Shown here: in pieces, positions 1 through 7,742 of the stretch
How the letters are laid out: every line of letters begins with the position of its first letter
Position numbering within the stretch: position 1 is the first letter of the stretch
Assembly (NCBI GenBank): GCA_036507075.1
Contig: DASXQR010000201.1
Span: 1 to 37,398, forward strand
Length of the DNA stretch: 37,398 bases
Reading direction: 5' to 3'
Source of the DNA: Acidobacteriota bacterium
GTDB lineage: Bacteria > Acidobacteriota > UBA6911 > JACQSX01
The notes under the pieces: model-generated
Database searches by the model: none
What the model was told of the DNA's origin: nothing
The model's input: only the letters and a program-made list of their open reading frames with translations
Made by a program: the position numbers and the translations under genes

Positions 1-285
1 AAAATGGCGGGCGCGATTTATCGCGCCTTCCTCAGAAGCGATGTATCGCGTCTCTACGATCCTAAATTCTTCCAAACTGCAGCGGCCGGCACTAACTTCG
101 TGGCACCAGGCCCGAAGGGCCAAAAGGAAATAGACCCGGCCGTCAGGCCGGGGAATGTGTTTACAGCAGCGAGCGCCGAAGGCGCGACACTCGTGGCAAG
201 CGGCAGAAATTTTTATGATCAGCCGCAAACCCTAATGGTTATTACAAATACTCCCGCCACTTCTGAGCCACTCTTGACAGCATAA
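1..285 (+). CDS. C-terminal part of a hypothetical protein (probably begins before the window)
   Basis: Frame is open from position 1 to TAA 283-285; no recognisable motif. Confidence 0.5.
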   Translation, partial: KMAGAIYRAFLRSDVSRLYDPKFFQTAAAGTNFVAPGPKGQKEIDPAVRPGNVFTAASAEGATLVASGRNFYDQPQTLMVITNTPATSEPLLTA

Positions 286-371
286 TTTTCCAGCCTACAT
301 TTTTATTATCCTTCCCGGATGCATCGCAAGCGGAGCATTAAATAAGCATCCTGCAAAGTCAGGAGGTTTGT

Positions 372-680
372 ATGCGTCGCGTCTTGTTCTCCTTTCTCCT
401 CGCCACCCTTGTGTGCCCTGTTGCCCGAGGCCAGTCTCAGCCGAGCTTCGATTCCGTCTATAGTTCTGTGACAGCCCGGTACGGGCCGGCGGTCACGCAG
501 GCGGTCAACGCAAAATTAAATGGAACAATTAGCTACCCGCAGACTGCCGCATCGCCCTTTACGCTGACGCTGCAGAATCGCCAGCTCCGGTTTGACCTCT
601 CCAGCGCGGAAGGTCTGTCGGTCGTTCGGGACGCTGATCTGGCTCAGGCGACTCGCGCCGGGACCAAGCAAGTGAATTGA
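372..680 (+). pseudogene. Secreted protein with signal peptide, probably 3'-truncated by the Y1 element end
   Basis: AGGAGG RBS at 361-366 and Sec-type signal MRRVLFSFLLATLVCPVARG. The stop TGA 678-680 lies inside the first AAGTGAATTGAA repeat of the element end. Confidence 0.6.
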
Positions 681-739
681 ACAACAAGTGAATTGAAGAA
701 AGTGAATTGAAGAAAGTGAATTGAATGCCTCTCACCATC
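670..739. repeat. Left end of Y1 element: 4 x AAGTGAATTGAA followed by inverted-repeat arm TGCCTCTCACCATC
   Basis: 12-mer copies start at 670, 686, 700 and 714. The arm at 726-739 is the exact reverse complement of 2406-2419 and 2455-2468. Confidence 0.9.
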
Positions 740-1067
740 AAGAATCGAAAATCCAAGAGTGGCGGGAGCTTGTGTAACTCTCGTGTTCTTTTTGAAGCGG
801 CATTTTTGCCGATCTTTTTGGGGTTGACCACAATATAGCAGGGACTTTTGAGGTGACGGAGGGGTTCGAATTCTTAGCAGGACGGTACATTGTCCGCCGG
901 CCGGCGGCGAAGTGGTCCTGGATCTTATGCTTTTGGTCGTAGGTGAAAAGAACACAGTTTTTTGCAGGCGGAGAAGGCAGAGAGCGACCACGCCCCATTC
1001 GGACTGCTTGTGATCGAATCGGGTACAGTTGTGGTGTGCAGTTTGTGAAGGAAAGAAAAACCGCGTC

Positions 1068-2282
1068 TCAGCCGGACGGTTCCGGCACTGGCACAAGCGG
1101 GCCGATTCTGTCGGCAAGATTCTTCCAACAGTTGTGCGCCTTGAGCGAGTCGTCCACCATCGGCTTGCACAGCAGGTGAAGAAGCGTCTTTAATCCCCAA
1201 ACGGCGCCTTGGCTTTTCAACTTGAGCATGTCCTTGATAAAGGCGGGCAGGCGCTTTGGGCCTGCCAGCTCTTGTTTAATCCGCTTGAGAAACTTCTTTG
1301 ATCCGACAAAGCCTGTCTGTTTCATTCGCGCATCCGCCTGCAGCTTGCCGCAGCGGTACTGCTGCTGGAATTGCTCGCGGTACCATGCCTCACGCTTGCC
1401 GCCCTTACCATGTTGGCGCCGAATGGCAAGCGGCACGACCAGGCCCTTGCGTCTGGCCGAGCCGGCATAATGCCCGTAGCTGGACCAGCGGTACTGACCG
1501 GCTTCGGTTTCCAGGCCTGCTCGCAAGGGATTAGCCTGAACGTAGTTGATCAGAAACACCAGGTTGGCTGCCGTCGGTTCCCAGACGGTGTGTTTGAAGG
1601 GTCCCTGCCACAGAGCACCGGTGGTCTGATGCATGCGGTTGAACTCGGTGGTAATCTGCCAGTCGATCTTTTGCATCAAATTGCTGATGGAGACATCATT
1701 TTGCGTGGTAACAACCAGGTGGAAGTGGTTTCCCATGATGACAAAGGCATGCAGTTGCACGCGCTTCTGCCGGCAGATTGAGAGGATCGTCTCCAGGATC
1801 ATATCCTTTTCTACGGGCCCGAAAAGCAGGCGGCGGTGGGCGGTTCGGTTCCAAACGTGGTAGGTATAGTTGTTACCCACGGGCCGGCGCTGCCCCACTC
1901 GGACACGCCTTCTACCTGGGTCGCTGCCATCCAGACCATAGTGAGCGACCAGCCAGGCGGCAAAACCATGCCCGTGTGCCCCGGCGGGATCAAAAGGACG
2001 ACAGCGTAGGGTCTTACAAGGAATCTTAAGCTTTGCCAATCGTTCGAGCAGCCGGTCCTTGCTTTCTGTTTTGACCAGCAGGTCAAGATTGCGGCCAAAA
2101 CGAGCCACGCCGAAGAGCACAAACTCTGGTGCGTCATAGAGGTTGCGCTGATGGCGTGCAAAGCAGCCGATCAGCTTTTCCATCAGAAAATCGGAGTCGA
2201 TGGTCCGGGGCAGACCGCGCAGGCGTACACGGTAGCATGGGAGAGCAGACTGAGCTTTTTGACGACTTCTAACGGCTTGCAC
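1068..2282 (-). CDS. REP-associated tyrosine transposase-like (Y1_Tnp) protein with an extra degenerate N-terminal Y1-like domain
   Basis: Motifs YHVWNR, HUH motif AFVIMGNHFHLVV, GALWQGPFK, catalytic NYVQANPLRAGL and YRWSSY. Confidence 0.9.
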   Translation of the reverse strand: MQAVRSRQKAQSALPCYRVRLRGLPRTIDSDFLMEKLIGCFARHQRNLYDAPEFVLFGVARFGRNLDLLVKTESKDRLLERLAKLKIPCKTLRCRPFDPAGAHGHGFAAWLVAHYGLDGSDPGRRRVRVGQRRPVGNNYTYHVWNRTAHRRLLFGPVEKDMILETILSICRQKRVQLHAFVIMGNHFHLVVTTQNDVSISNLMQKIDWQITTEFNRMHQTTGALWQGPFKHTVWEPTAANLVFLINYVQANPLRAGLETEAGQYRWSSYGHYAGSARRKGLVVPLAIRRQHGKGGKREAWYREQFQQQYRCGKLQADARMKQTGFVGSKKFLKRIKQELAGPKRLPAFIKDMLKLKSQGAVWGLKTLLHLLCKPMVDDSLKAHNCWKNLADRIGPLVPVPEPSG

Positions 2283-2404
2283 GAATAACAGAACTGGGCA
2301 GTCGGCAAAAACGCGAAGAAAAATCTAGAAAACCTGCTGTAGGGTCGGTCGTAAAGGTAACAGATCTGTTGCTAAACTTGCGTTTATGAGGAATAAAATG
2401 AGCT

Positions 2405-2517
2405 CGATGGTGAGAGGCACACTATTCTCCCCTCCCTATTCTCCCTTCGCTCACGATGGTGAGAGGCACACTATTCTCCCACTATTCTCCCTCCACTATT
2501 CTCCCACTATTCTCCCC
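2405..2517. repeat. Right end of Y1 element: duplicated 28-mer CGATGGTGAGAGGCACACTATTCTCCCC and 6 x CTATTCTCCC
   Basis: 28-mer at 2405-2432 and 2454-2481; 10-mer starts at 2422, 2436, 2471, 2483, 2497 and 2508. Confidence 0.9.
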
Positions 2518-2518
2518 T

Positions 2519-2646
2519 GTTGGCGACAGCGCGCCTATATGGACCGAGCCGAGAACATTGTAACAGTCAGCCAATCCGACGTAAGCCGGAGCATAAGCAG
2601 GGTCTTCGTTGACTGCGCTTTGGAAAAAACTGATCGCCTTATGTAG
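2519..2646 (-). pseudogene. Internal fragment of a TPR-repeat gene
   Basis: Manual minus-strand translation LHKAISFFQSAVNEDPAYAPAYVGLADCYNVLGSVHIGALSP fits the TPR consensus; no start codon or RBS, and it is cut off by the element end. Not in the ORF track. Confidence 0.75.
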
Positions 2647-2667
2647 AAGAACCCTTATGCAGAAGAA

Positions 2668-2696
2668 CCCCGTTCCGGAGAACGGGGCTATTTTTT
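2668..2696. terminator. Intrinsic terminator-like hairpin
   Basis: CCCCGTTC-CGGA-GAACGGGG with a T-run on + and TTCTTCT on -, directly after the stop of 2695..2940. Confidence 0.65.
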
Positions 2697-2940
2697 ACCG
2701 ATTCTTGAATCCGACCTTCTGCCGGATCACTTCGGGCAGATCGGCCAGCACTTGATCGTGACGCAGGAGAATGGCTTTAATTTGTTCCAGGTCGCCTTCC
2801 ATCCTTGCCAGCCGCGCATCGGTCTCGTTTTGCCGCTTGTGGGTTTCTGTCAGATGGGAAAGGAACTGCGCCTGATTCTGGATAAGCAACGCCATTGCTT
2901 CTTGCAAATTATTGTTGCCGTTACCGGATCTTCTTGCCAT
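2695..2940 (-). CDS. Small coiled-coil hypothetical protein (81 aa)
   Basis: GAGG RBS-like motif upstream, heptad pattern (LARMEGDLEQIKAILLRH), downstream hairpin. Confidence 0.75.
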   Translation of the reverse strand: MARRSGNGNNNLQEAMALLIQNQAQFLSHLTETHKRQNETDARLARMEGDLEQIKAILLRHDQVLADLPEVIRQKVGFKNR

Positions 2941-3187
2941 TTCATCCTCAATTTTACGCCCTTTCCCATAGGAGCAGCGCCAATTCTTTCAGCAGACATC
3001 TGGTCGGCCTGTTTTTTCGATTCAATAATCCGTACAGGTATGGCCGGAGCGTAAGGTCTTACAAGGAATCTTAAGCTTCGCCAATCACCATTGTGCTTGG
3101 ACTGGCGCTGGAACTAGCCGCCGATTTACGCGGACAACGCTGATGTATCGATGCTCGGCGAAGCTGACACCCTGCAGTCGCAACGCC

Positions 3188-6100
3188 TCAGAACGTCAAG
3201 CGCGCCGAAAACTGCATCTGGCGCGGGTTGCGGGCGCTGGTTACCTGGCCGAAACGGGTATTGATCTGGTTGCCGGCCGGATCAAAGCGCGCCGTCGCAT
3301 CTACGCCATCGAACTGCGTGTGGTTAAACGCGTTGTACAACTCCCAGCGGAGCTGCAGCCGCGTTCTTTCCGCCAACGGGATGTTTTTGAACAGCGAGAA
3401 ATCCCAGTTGTGGAAACCGGGCCCGCGGAACACATCCTTGGGCGCATTGCCAGGATTGCCTTGCGGGGGACGCTTTATGGCTGACGTGTTGAACCAGCGG
3501 AGCAGGCCGCGGTCGCCGCTGTCCAGATTCGGGTTTCCGGAAATTATGACCCGCGAGCCGTCACCGCCGCCCGTGATGTCGGCGTTATCGGTCGTCGTAA
3601 ATCCGACTCCTCGCGGCTGGCCGCTGGCAAATGCGGTGATCCCTGATACCTGCCAGTCGTCGAGCGCATATCGGATAAAGCCGTTGCTCCAGAGGTTGCT
3701 CACATTCGGCAGGTCGTACGTGTAGTTGATGACCATCACCTGGGTCTGATCGAATCCGGCTCTCCCGTAATTCCAAACGCGGCGCGGGCGGTAGCGCGCC
3801 AATCCCTCGGTGTCGCCGTCCCCATAATCCATGGTCTTGGACCATGTGTAAGCGATGCCGAACTGCAGGTTGGAAACAAAGCGGCGATTGGCCGCGACTT
3901 GCAGCGCGTTGTAATTGGCCGTACCTGCGTTTTCGTAATAAGTGATGCTGCCGTGACCTGGAAGCGGCCGGAGAAAATCGTCCGGCAGCGCGCGGGTCGG
4001 CTGCGTCGGGTCGGCGTTCCTGGCATCGAATCTGGCGCCGTAAGGCAGAGTATTCAGGTTTACGGTCTGCTGCAGGTGGCGGCTGAGCGATCCAACATAG
4101 GCAACATCCAGCACGGTGTCGAATCCAACATCGTGCTGTATGCCGAGTGTGTAGTTGTAGGTTTTCGGCGTCTTGCCGTCTTTTTCGAACCCCTGCACAT
4201 TGCTGGGAAACAGCACGCCCGATGAAGCAAGCAGCGAATCCATTGAACCGTAGAAAATTCGCGGGTTGTCCTGGATGGGCGGATTGCGCATGACATTCCA
4301 GACGGTGTTTGCCGTCGTACGCGAGTTGTGAAAGACGCCCACACTCGCGCGGATTGCGGTCTTTCCGTTGCCGCGAAGATCATAGGCAAATCCGAACCTT
4401 GGCTGAATCAGCACTCCGGGCGTTTCTCTGAACCCTCGCGGATAGCTCTTGTCTGTTCCCACCACCATGCCGTTGTACGGATCTCCGGTGCCTGGCACGA
4501 TCGCGCCAATCAACACGGCTGGGAAAGTGGCTCCCGTTACCGGGTTCTGTGCAACCCGCACGCCGCCGACAGTGGCCGGCTTGAACAAGAGCGGCGCTTT
4601 GGAAGGGCTGTATCGCTCGAATGCGAACGCCGCGGCTTTGCTGCCGATATTGTGGTACCACTGCTGATACCAGGCAAAGCGGGCGCCGTATTCGAGGCGA
4701 AGACGCCGATTGATCTTCCAGGAATCCTGTGCGAACCACTCCGCAAGGCTCTGGCGCCCTTCACCGCTGGGACGCGAAGTGGACTCAGTGTACTGGCGAA
4801 AGAGACCCAGTATTGCATTCGAGTACCCGTGGCCCGTGTCTAATGCGTTGCTGGTGTCGCGGCTGAAGTCGAACTCGCCTGCGAAGGTCGCGGTGGCGCC
4901 TTCGTAGTTTCGCGCACGCTCGAAGTAAAAACCTCCTTTGTACGTATGCGCCCCGTGGATGATCGAAATCGTATCGCCAGAGCTGATGACTGTGTCAGCG
5001 CCTCTGAGAGGATAACGGCCGTCGTACGTGATCGATGCAGAACCGGCCGGAACCGAGCCAAACGATGCGCGAGGAATAACCCCCAGCGGGTTGAGCTCCG
5101 AATGGAACTGGCCCAGCGTGAAACCATAAGTCGACCGCTTCATCTTGTTCAGCTCGGCATCGGAAAGCGGCGGGCCGTCTTCCACGCTGTGGCGCACTCC
5201 CACGGAAGCCTCATTGACGATGGTGTTGCTGATGATGCGGGTCCAGTTTCCCAGGATGCCATCGTCCGTGAACGTGTAGTGCAGGCCGGACAAACCCCAA
5301 TTGGCCGTTCCCGCCGGGACAGCGATGCCCTGATTATCGGCGTACCAGGCCGACGCCCGGACATAAACGGTGTCTTTTTCTGACACCCTGTAGTCCACGC
5401 GCAGAAGGTTTTGGTGTTTTGGGATCTTGATGCTTTCCTGGAATTGGTAGTTAAAGGCGCCCCGGGTAAGCGCGCGATCGAGCGCGTTCGGAAGCGGGAA
5501 AACTTTCAGGATCGCCTGACCGTTCGCGTTGAGGCGGTTGGCGGGAATTACGTTGCCGGGGAAGCAGCCGGCCTGGTTGGTGGCGTTGCAGGGCGCCGAA
5601 ATGAGCGGATCTTTGACTCGTATCAGTGCGCCGTTTACGTCAAGCGACTGTGAAAAATCGCCGCGTCGCTCCAATTCCGTGGGGACGGTTACCTGACGCA
5701 GCGCCTGCGGGTTCTGGTTCTGCGCCAGTTCCAGCGAGTAGAAGAAAAAGAGCTTGTCTTTAAGCTTGTTGTTCGGAAGCCGGACCGGTCCTCCGAAAGT
5801 CCCGCCGTACGTGTTGAAACGATAGCGCGGCCGATTGATCTTATTGGCGTTGCTGAAGAAGTTGTTCGCATTGAGATTCTCGTGGCGCTTATACATATAA
5901 GCGCTTCCATGATAGTCACTGGTTCCCGACTTGCTGACGATGTTGACCGCCGCGCCCGAGTTTCCCGCGTATTCAGCCTGGTAGCTGTTGAGCAGCACCT
6001 TGACTTCGCCGATGGCATCGAAATTGATGGTGCTGCTGAAGATGCGAGGGCTTCCCAGATCATTTCCCCTCAGCCCGTCGACATTGAACGTGTTCCAGGT

Positions 6101-6676
6101 GTCGCGGCCACCCTGGATATTTGGAGAACTGCTGCCGAAGCTGTTTCCGGCCGATTCTCCCTGCTCTCGGTAAGTGACGCCCGGCAGCACGCGCAGCAAC
6201 TCGGTTACATCGCGTCCACGGATCGAGACCAGCTCGAGCTGTTTAGATGTCACCAGCGCCGAATGTTCGGTGCTGTCGGTCTGTACGGGCGTTCCCTCGG
6301 CGGTGGTTGTAATGGTCTCGCTCATCTCGCCGATTTTCAGCGCGAGATTTCCCACCGCCAAGTGCTCGTTGGCCGTCAGCTTATTTCCTTTGCGCTCGAA
6401 GATGGCAAATCCCACCTGCTCCACCTTGACCGTATAACTGCCCGGCTGCACAGCGGCGAAAACAAACGAGCCGTCGTCGTTTGTCAGAGTGCCGCGGGTG
6501 TCCCCGGTTGCCTCGTTGATCAGATTGACGGTCGAACCTGGAATTACCTGGCCCGCAGGGTCAACAACGGTGCCCGAGATTGTGCCACTCACCGTTTGCG
6601 CCATCAAAGGCGCGCCAAACGCCAGAGCGATAACGAAGACGACTAACTGCTTAGCTGGAAGAAAAGAAGCGGACAT
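3188..6676 (-). CDS. TonB-dependent receptor, Oar-like, with N-terminal carboxypeptidase-regulatory-like domain
   Basis: Signal peptide, GTISGTVVDPAGQVIPG motif, plug and barrel motifs, C-terminal RQMQFSARLTF. Start moved to ATG 6676, which follows an AAGGAG RBS. Confidence 0.93.
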   Translation of the reverse strand: MSASFLPAKQLVVFVIALAFGAPLMAQTVSGTISGTVVDPAGQVIPGSTVNLINEATGDTRGTLTNDDGSFVFAAVQPGSYTVKVEQVGFAIFERKGNKLTANEHLAVGNLALKIGEMSETITTTAEGTPVQTDSTEHSALVTSKQLELVSIRGRDVTELLRVLPGVTYREQGESAGNSFGSSSPNIQGGRDTWNTFNVDGLRGNDLGSPRIFSSTINFDAIGEVKVLLNSYQAEYAGNSGAAVNIVSKSGTSDYHGSAYMYKRHENLNANNFFSNANKINRPRYRFNTYGGTFGGPVRLPNNKLKDKLFFFYSLELAQNQNPQALRQVTVPTELERRGDFSQSLDVNGALIRVKDPLISAPCNATNQAGCFPGNVIPANRLNANGQAILKVFPLPNALDRALTRGAFNYQFQESIKIPKHQNLLRVDYRVSEKDTVYVRASAWYADNQGIAVPAGTANWGLSGLHYTFTDDGILGNWTRIISNTIVNEASVGVRHSVEDGPPLSDAELNKMKRSTYGFTLGQFHSELNPLGVIPRASFGSVPAGSASITYDGRYPLRGADTVISSGDTISIIHGAHTYKGGFYFERARNYEGATATFAGEFDFSRDTSNALDTGHGYSNAILGLFRQYTESTSRPSGEGRQSLAEWFAQDSWKINRRLRLEYGARFAWYQQWYHNIGSKAAAFAFERYSPSKAPLLFKPATVGGVRVAQNPVTGATFPAVLIGAIVPGTGDPYNGMVVGTDKSYPRGFRETPGVLIQPRFGFAYDLRGNGKTAIRASVGVFHNSRTTANTVWNVMRNPPIQDNPRIFYGSMDSLLASSGVLFPSNVQGFEKDGKTPKTYNYTLGIQHDVGFDTVLDVAYVGSLSRHLQQTVNLNTLPYGARFDARNADPTQPTRALPDDFLRPLPGHGSITYYENAGTANYNALQVAANRRFVSNLQFGIAYTWSKTMDYGDGDTEGLARYRPRRVWNYGRAGFDQTQVMVINYTYDLPNVSNLWSNGFIRYALDDWQVSGITAFASGQPRGVGFTTTDNADITGGGDGSRVIISGNPNLDSGDRGLLRWFNTSAIKRPPQGNPGNAPKDVFRGPGFHNWDFSLFKNIPLAERTRLQLRWELYNAFNHTQFDGVDATARFDPAGNQINTRFGQVTSARNPRQMQFSARLTF

Positions 6677-6762
6677 AAGATTCTCCTTTGATGCATACGT
6701 CATAGTGTTATCGGTAACTCGCAAGCCCGCCTGCTGTTTGGGCGGGCTCGTACATCAATCGT

Positions 6763-7533
6763 TTAAGGATTTTCGTGATCAGTGCGCGCCGTCCCAATTA
6801 CGGTTTCCTGCTCGGCTTCTTCCAGGGCGAATGCCTTTTGGGCGCGGGCAATGTGATCGGCCATGGCGGCGCGGGCCTCTTTTGGCTGGCGGTCGCGTAT
6901 GGCGCGATAGATCCGGCGGTGAAGCTCCAGCGACTCGGTAAAGTCCTGGGCCCGTTCAATCGTCTGTCGCCGTCTTTCATACATCACGCCGGAAACCATC
7001 TCGACCAGCGTCGACAGGGTCGGGTTTCCGGAGGCGGCGGCCACGGCCCGATGAAATCGAATATCGTGGATCAGGTACTGTTGCGGGTCGTCGACGGTAG
7101 CATACATCTCGGCTACCTCTTCGGCAATTGCCGCTAACTGTGCGCCAGTGGCGCGCTCTGCCGCAAGGCCGGCAGTGCTCACTTCCAGCACGCTTCGGGC
7201 CTCAAACAAATGGTCGAAAGTGAAGCCGTGCAACGCGGCCAGCAACTGCAGCGGTTCGCTGTCGAGGGAGGGCGGACCCCCGGCGATGAATGTTCCGGAT
7301 CCCTGCCGGGATTTGAGCACGCCCATGGAAACCAGAGACTGCAGTCCCCTGCGCAGGGCCTGGCGGCTGACGCCCATTTCTTTTGCGAGCTCGCGCTCGG
7401 GAGGAAGGCGGTCACCAGGCTTGAGTTGATTGAGTTTGATCAGTTCGGACACTTGAAAGACGACATCATCTGTCGTCCTTCTACTGATCGACGGGCGCAC
7501 CAAACCAAAACGTGAAGCCTGTCTATTGGTCAT
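6763..7533 (-). CDS. GntR-family (FadR subfamily) transcriptional regulator
   Basis: wHTH LKPGDRLPPERELAKEMGVSR...RQGSGTFI and FCD domain DIRFHRAVAAASGNPTL. Start uncertain. Confidence 0.93.
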   Translation of the reverse strand: MTNRQASRFGLVRPSISRRTTDDVVFQVSELIKLNQLKPGDRLPPERELAKEMGVSRQALRRGLQSLVSMGVLKSRQGSGTFIAGGPPSLDSEPLQLLAALHGFTFDHLFEARSVLEVSTAGLAAERATGAQLAAIAEEVAEMYATVDDPQQYLIHDIRFHRAVAAASGNPTLSTLVEMVSGVMYERRRQTIERAQDFTESLELHRRIYRAIRDRQPKEARAAMADHIARAQKAFALEEAEQETVIGTARTDHENP

Positions 7534-7539
7534 ACCAAT
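7525..7539. promoter_or_regulatory. FadR/PdhR/LldR-type operator ATTGGT-cat-ACCAAT
   Basis: Perfect TTGGTnnnACCAA palindrome overlapping the putative start codon of the regulator. Confidence 0.75.
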
Positions 7540-7597
7540 CTGATCGTTTCGACATACCAATCTGTTTTTTTGGATACACCAATGATTTTGGAGCCTG

Positions 7598-7627
7598 AAC
7601 TTATAGTAACAGTGTCCGGGCTGTCAA
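7598..7627 (-). promoter_or_regulatory. Possible sigma70 promoter of the fadR-like/TBDR unit
   Basis: TTGACA at 7627-7622 with TATAAG (16-nt spacer) or TAAGTT (18-nt spacer), lying between the two operators. Confidence 0.5.
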
Positions 7628-7692
7628 GAATTGTCTGCCGGGTCAGGACGTTCGTACCCAAACGTCCGTTTTCCAGTCACTAAAGATTTAAG

Positions 7693-7707
7693 ATTGGTAG
7701 AACCAAT
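7693..7707. promoter_or_regulatory. Second FadR-type operator ATTGGT-aga-ACCAAT
   Basis: Same palindrome as 7525-7539. Confidence 0.75.
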
Positions 7708-7716
7708 TTCAAATTT

Positions 7717-7737
7717 CAGGCCGCTGGAAGCGGCCTG
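7717..7737. repeat. Solo REP-like hairpin CAGGCCGCT-GGA-AGCGGCCTG
   Basis: Same core as the hairpins at about 10905-10922, 22947-22967 and 23018-23036. Confidence 0.7.
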
Positions 7738-7742
7738 CCCAG

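Larger units (their letters stand above)
670..2517 (-). mobile_element. Putative Y1/HUH (RAYT-like) element with 14-bp inverted repeats and stuttered termini
   Basis: Transposase gene lies between matching inverted arms; interrupted gene remnants on both sides. Confidence 0.7.

Noticed and set aside
1..680. Polymorphic toxin/immunity pair
   Set aside because: No RHS or toxin motif visible in the available fragment; cannot be supported.
559..1200. Short ORFs between the left element end and the transposase
   Set aside because: Mutually overlapping, run into repeats, no RBS or motif support.
2405..2517. Possible mini-CRISPR (28-bp direct repeat x2)
   Set aside because: Only two copies, the 21-nt spacer is itself built from the repeat word, and there are no cas genes; better explained as a duplicated element end.
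6724..6748. Terminator between the regulator and the TBDR gene
   Set aside because: Hairpin present but no U-tract; it resembles the REP hairpin at 10981-11000, so its function is unassigned.
3143..6941. Many plus-strand and alternative-frame ORFs over the TBDR gene
   Set aside because: Shadow ORFs of a GC-rich coding sequence with no motifs.
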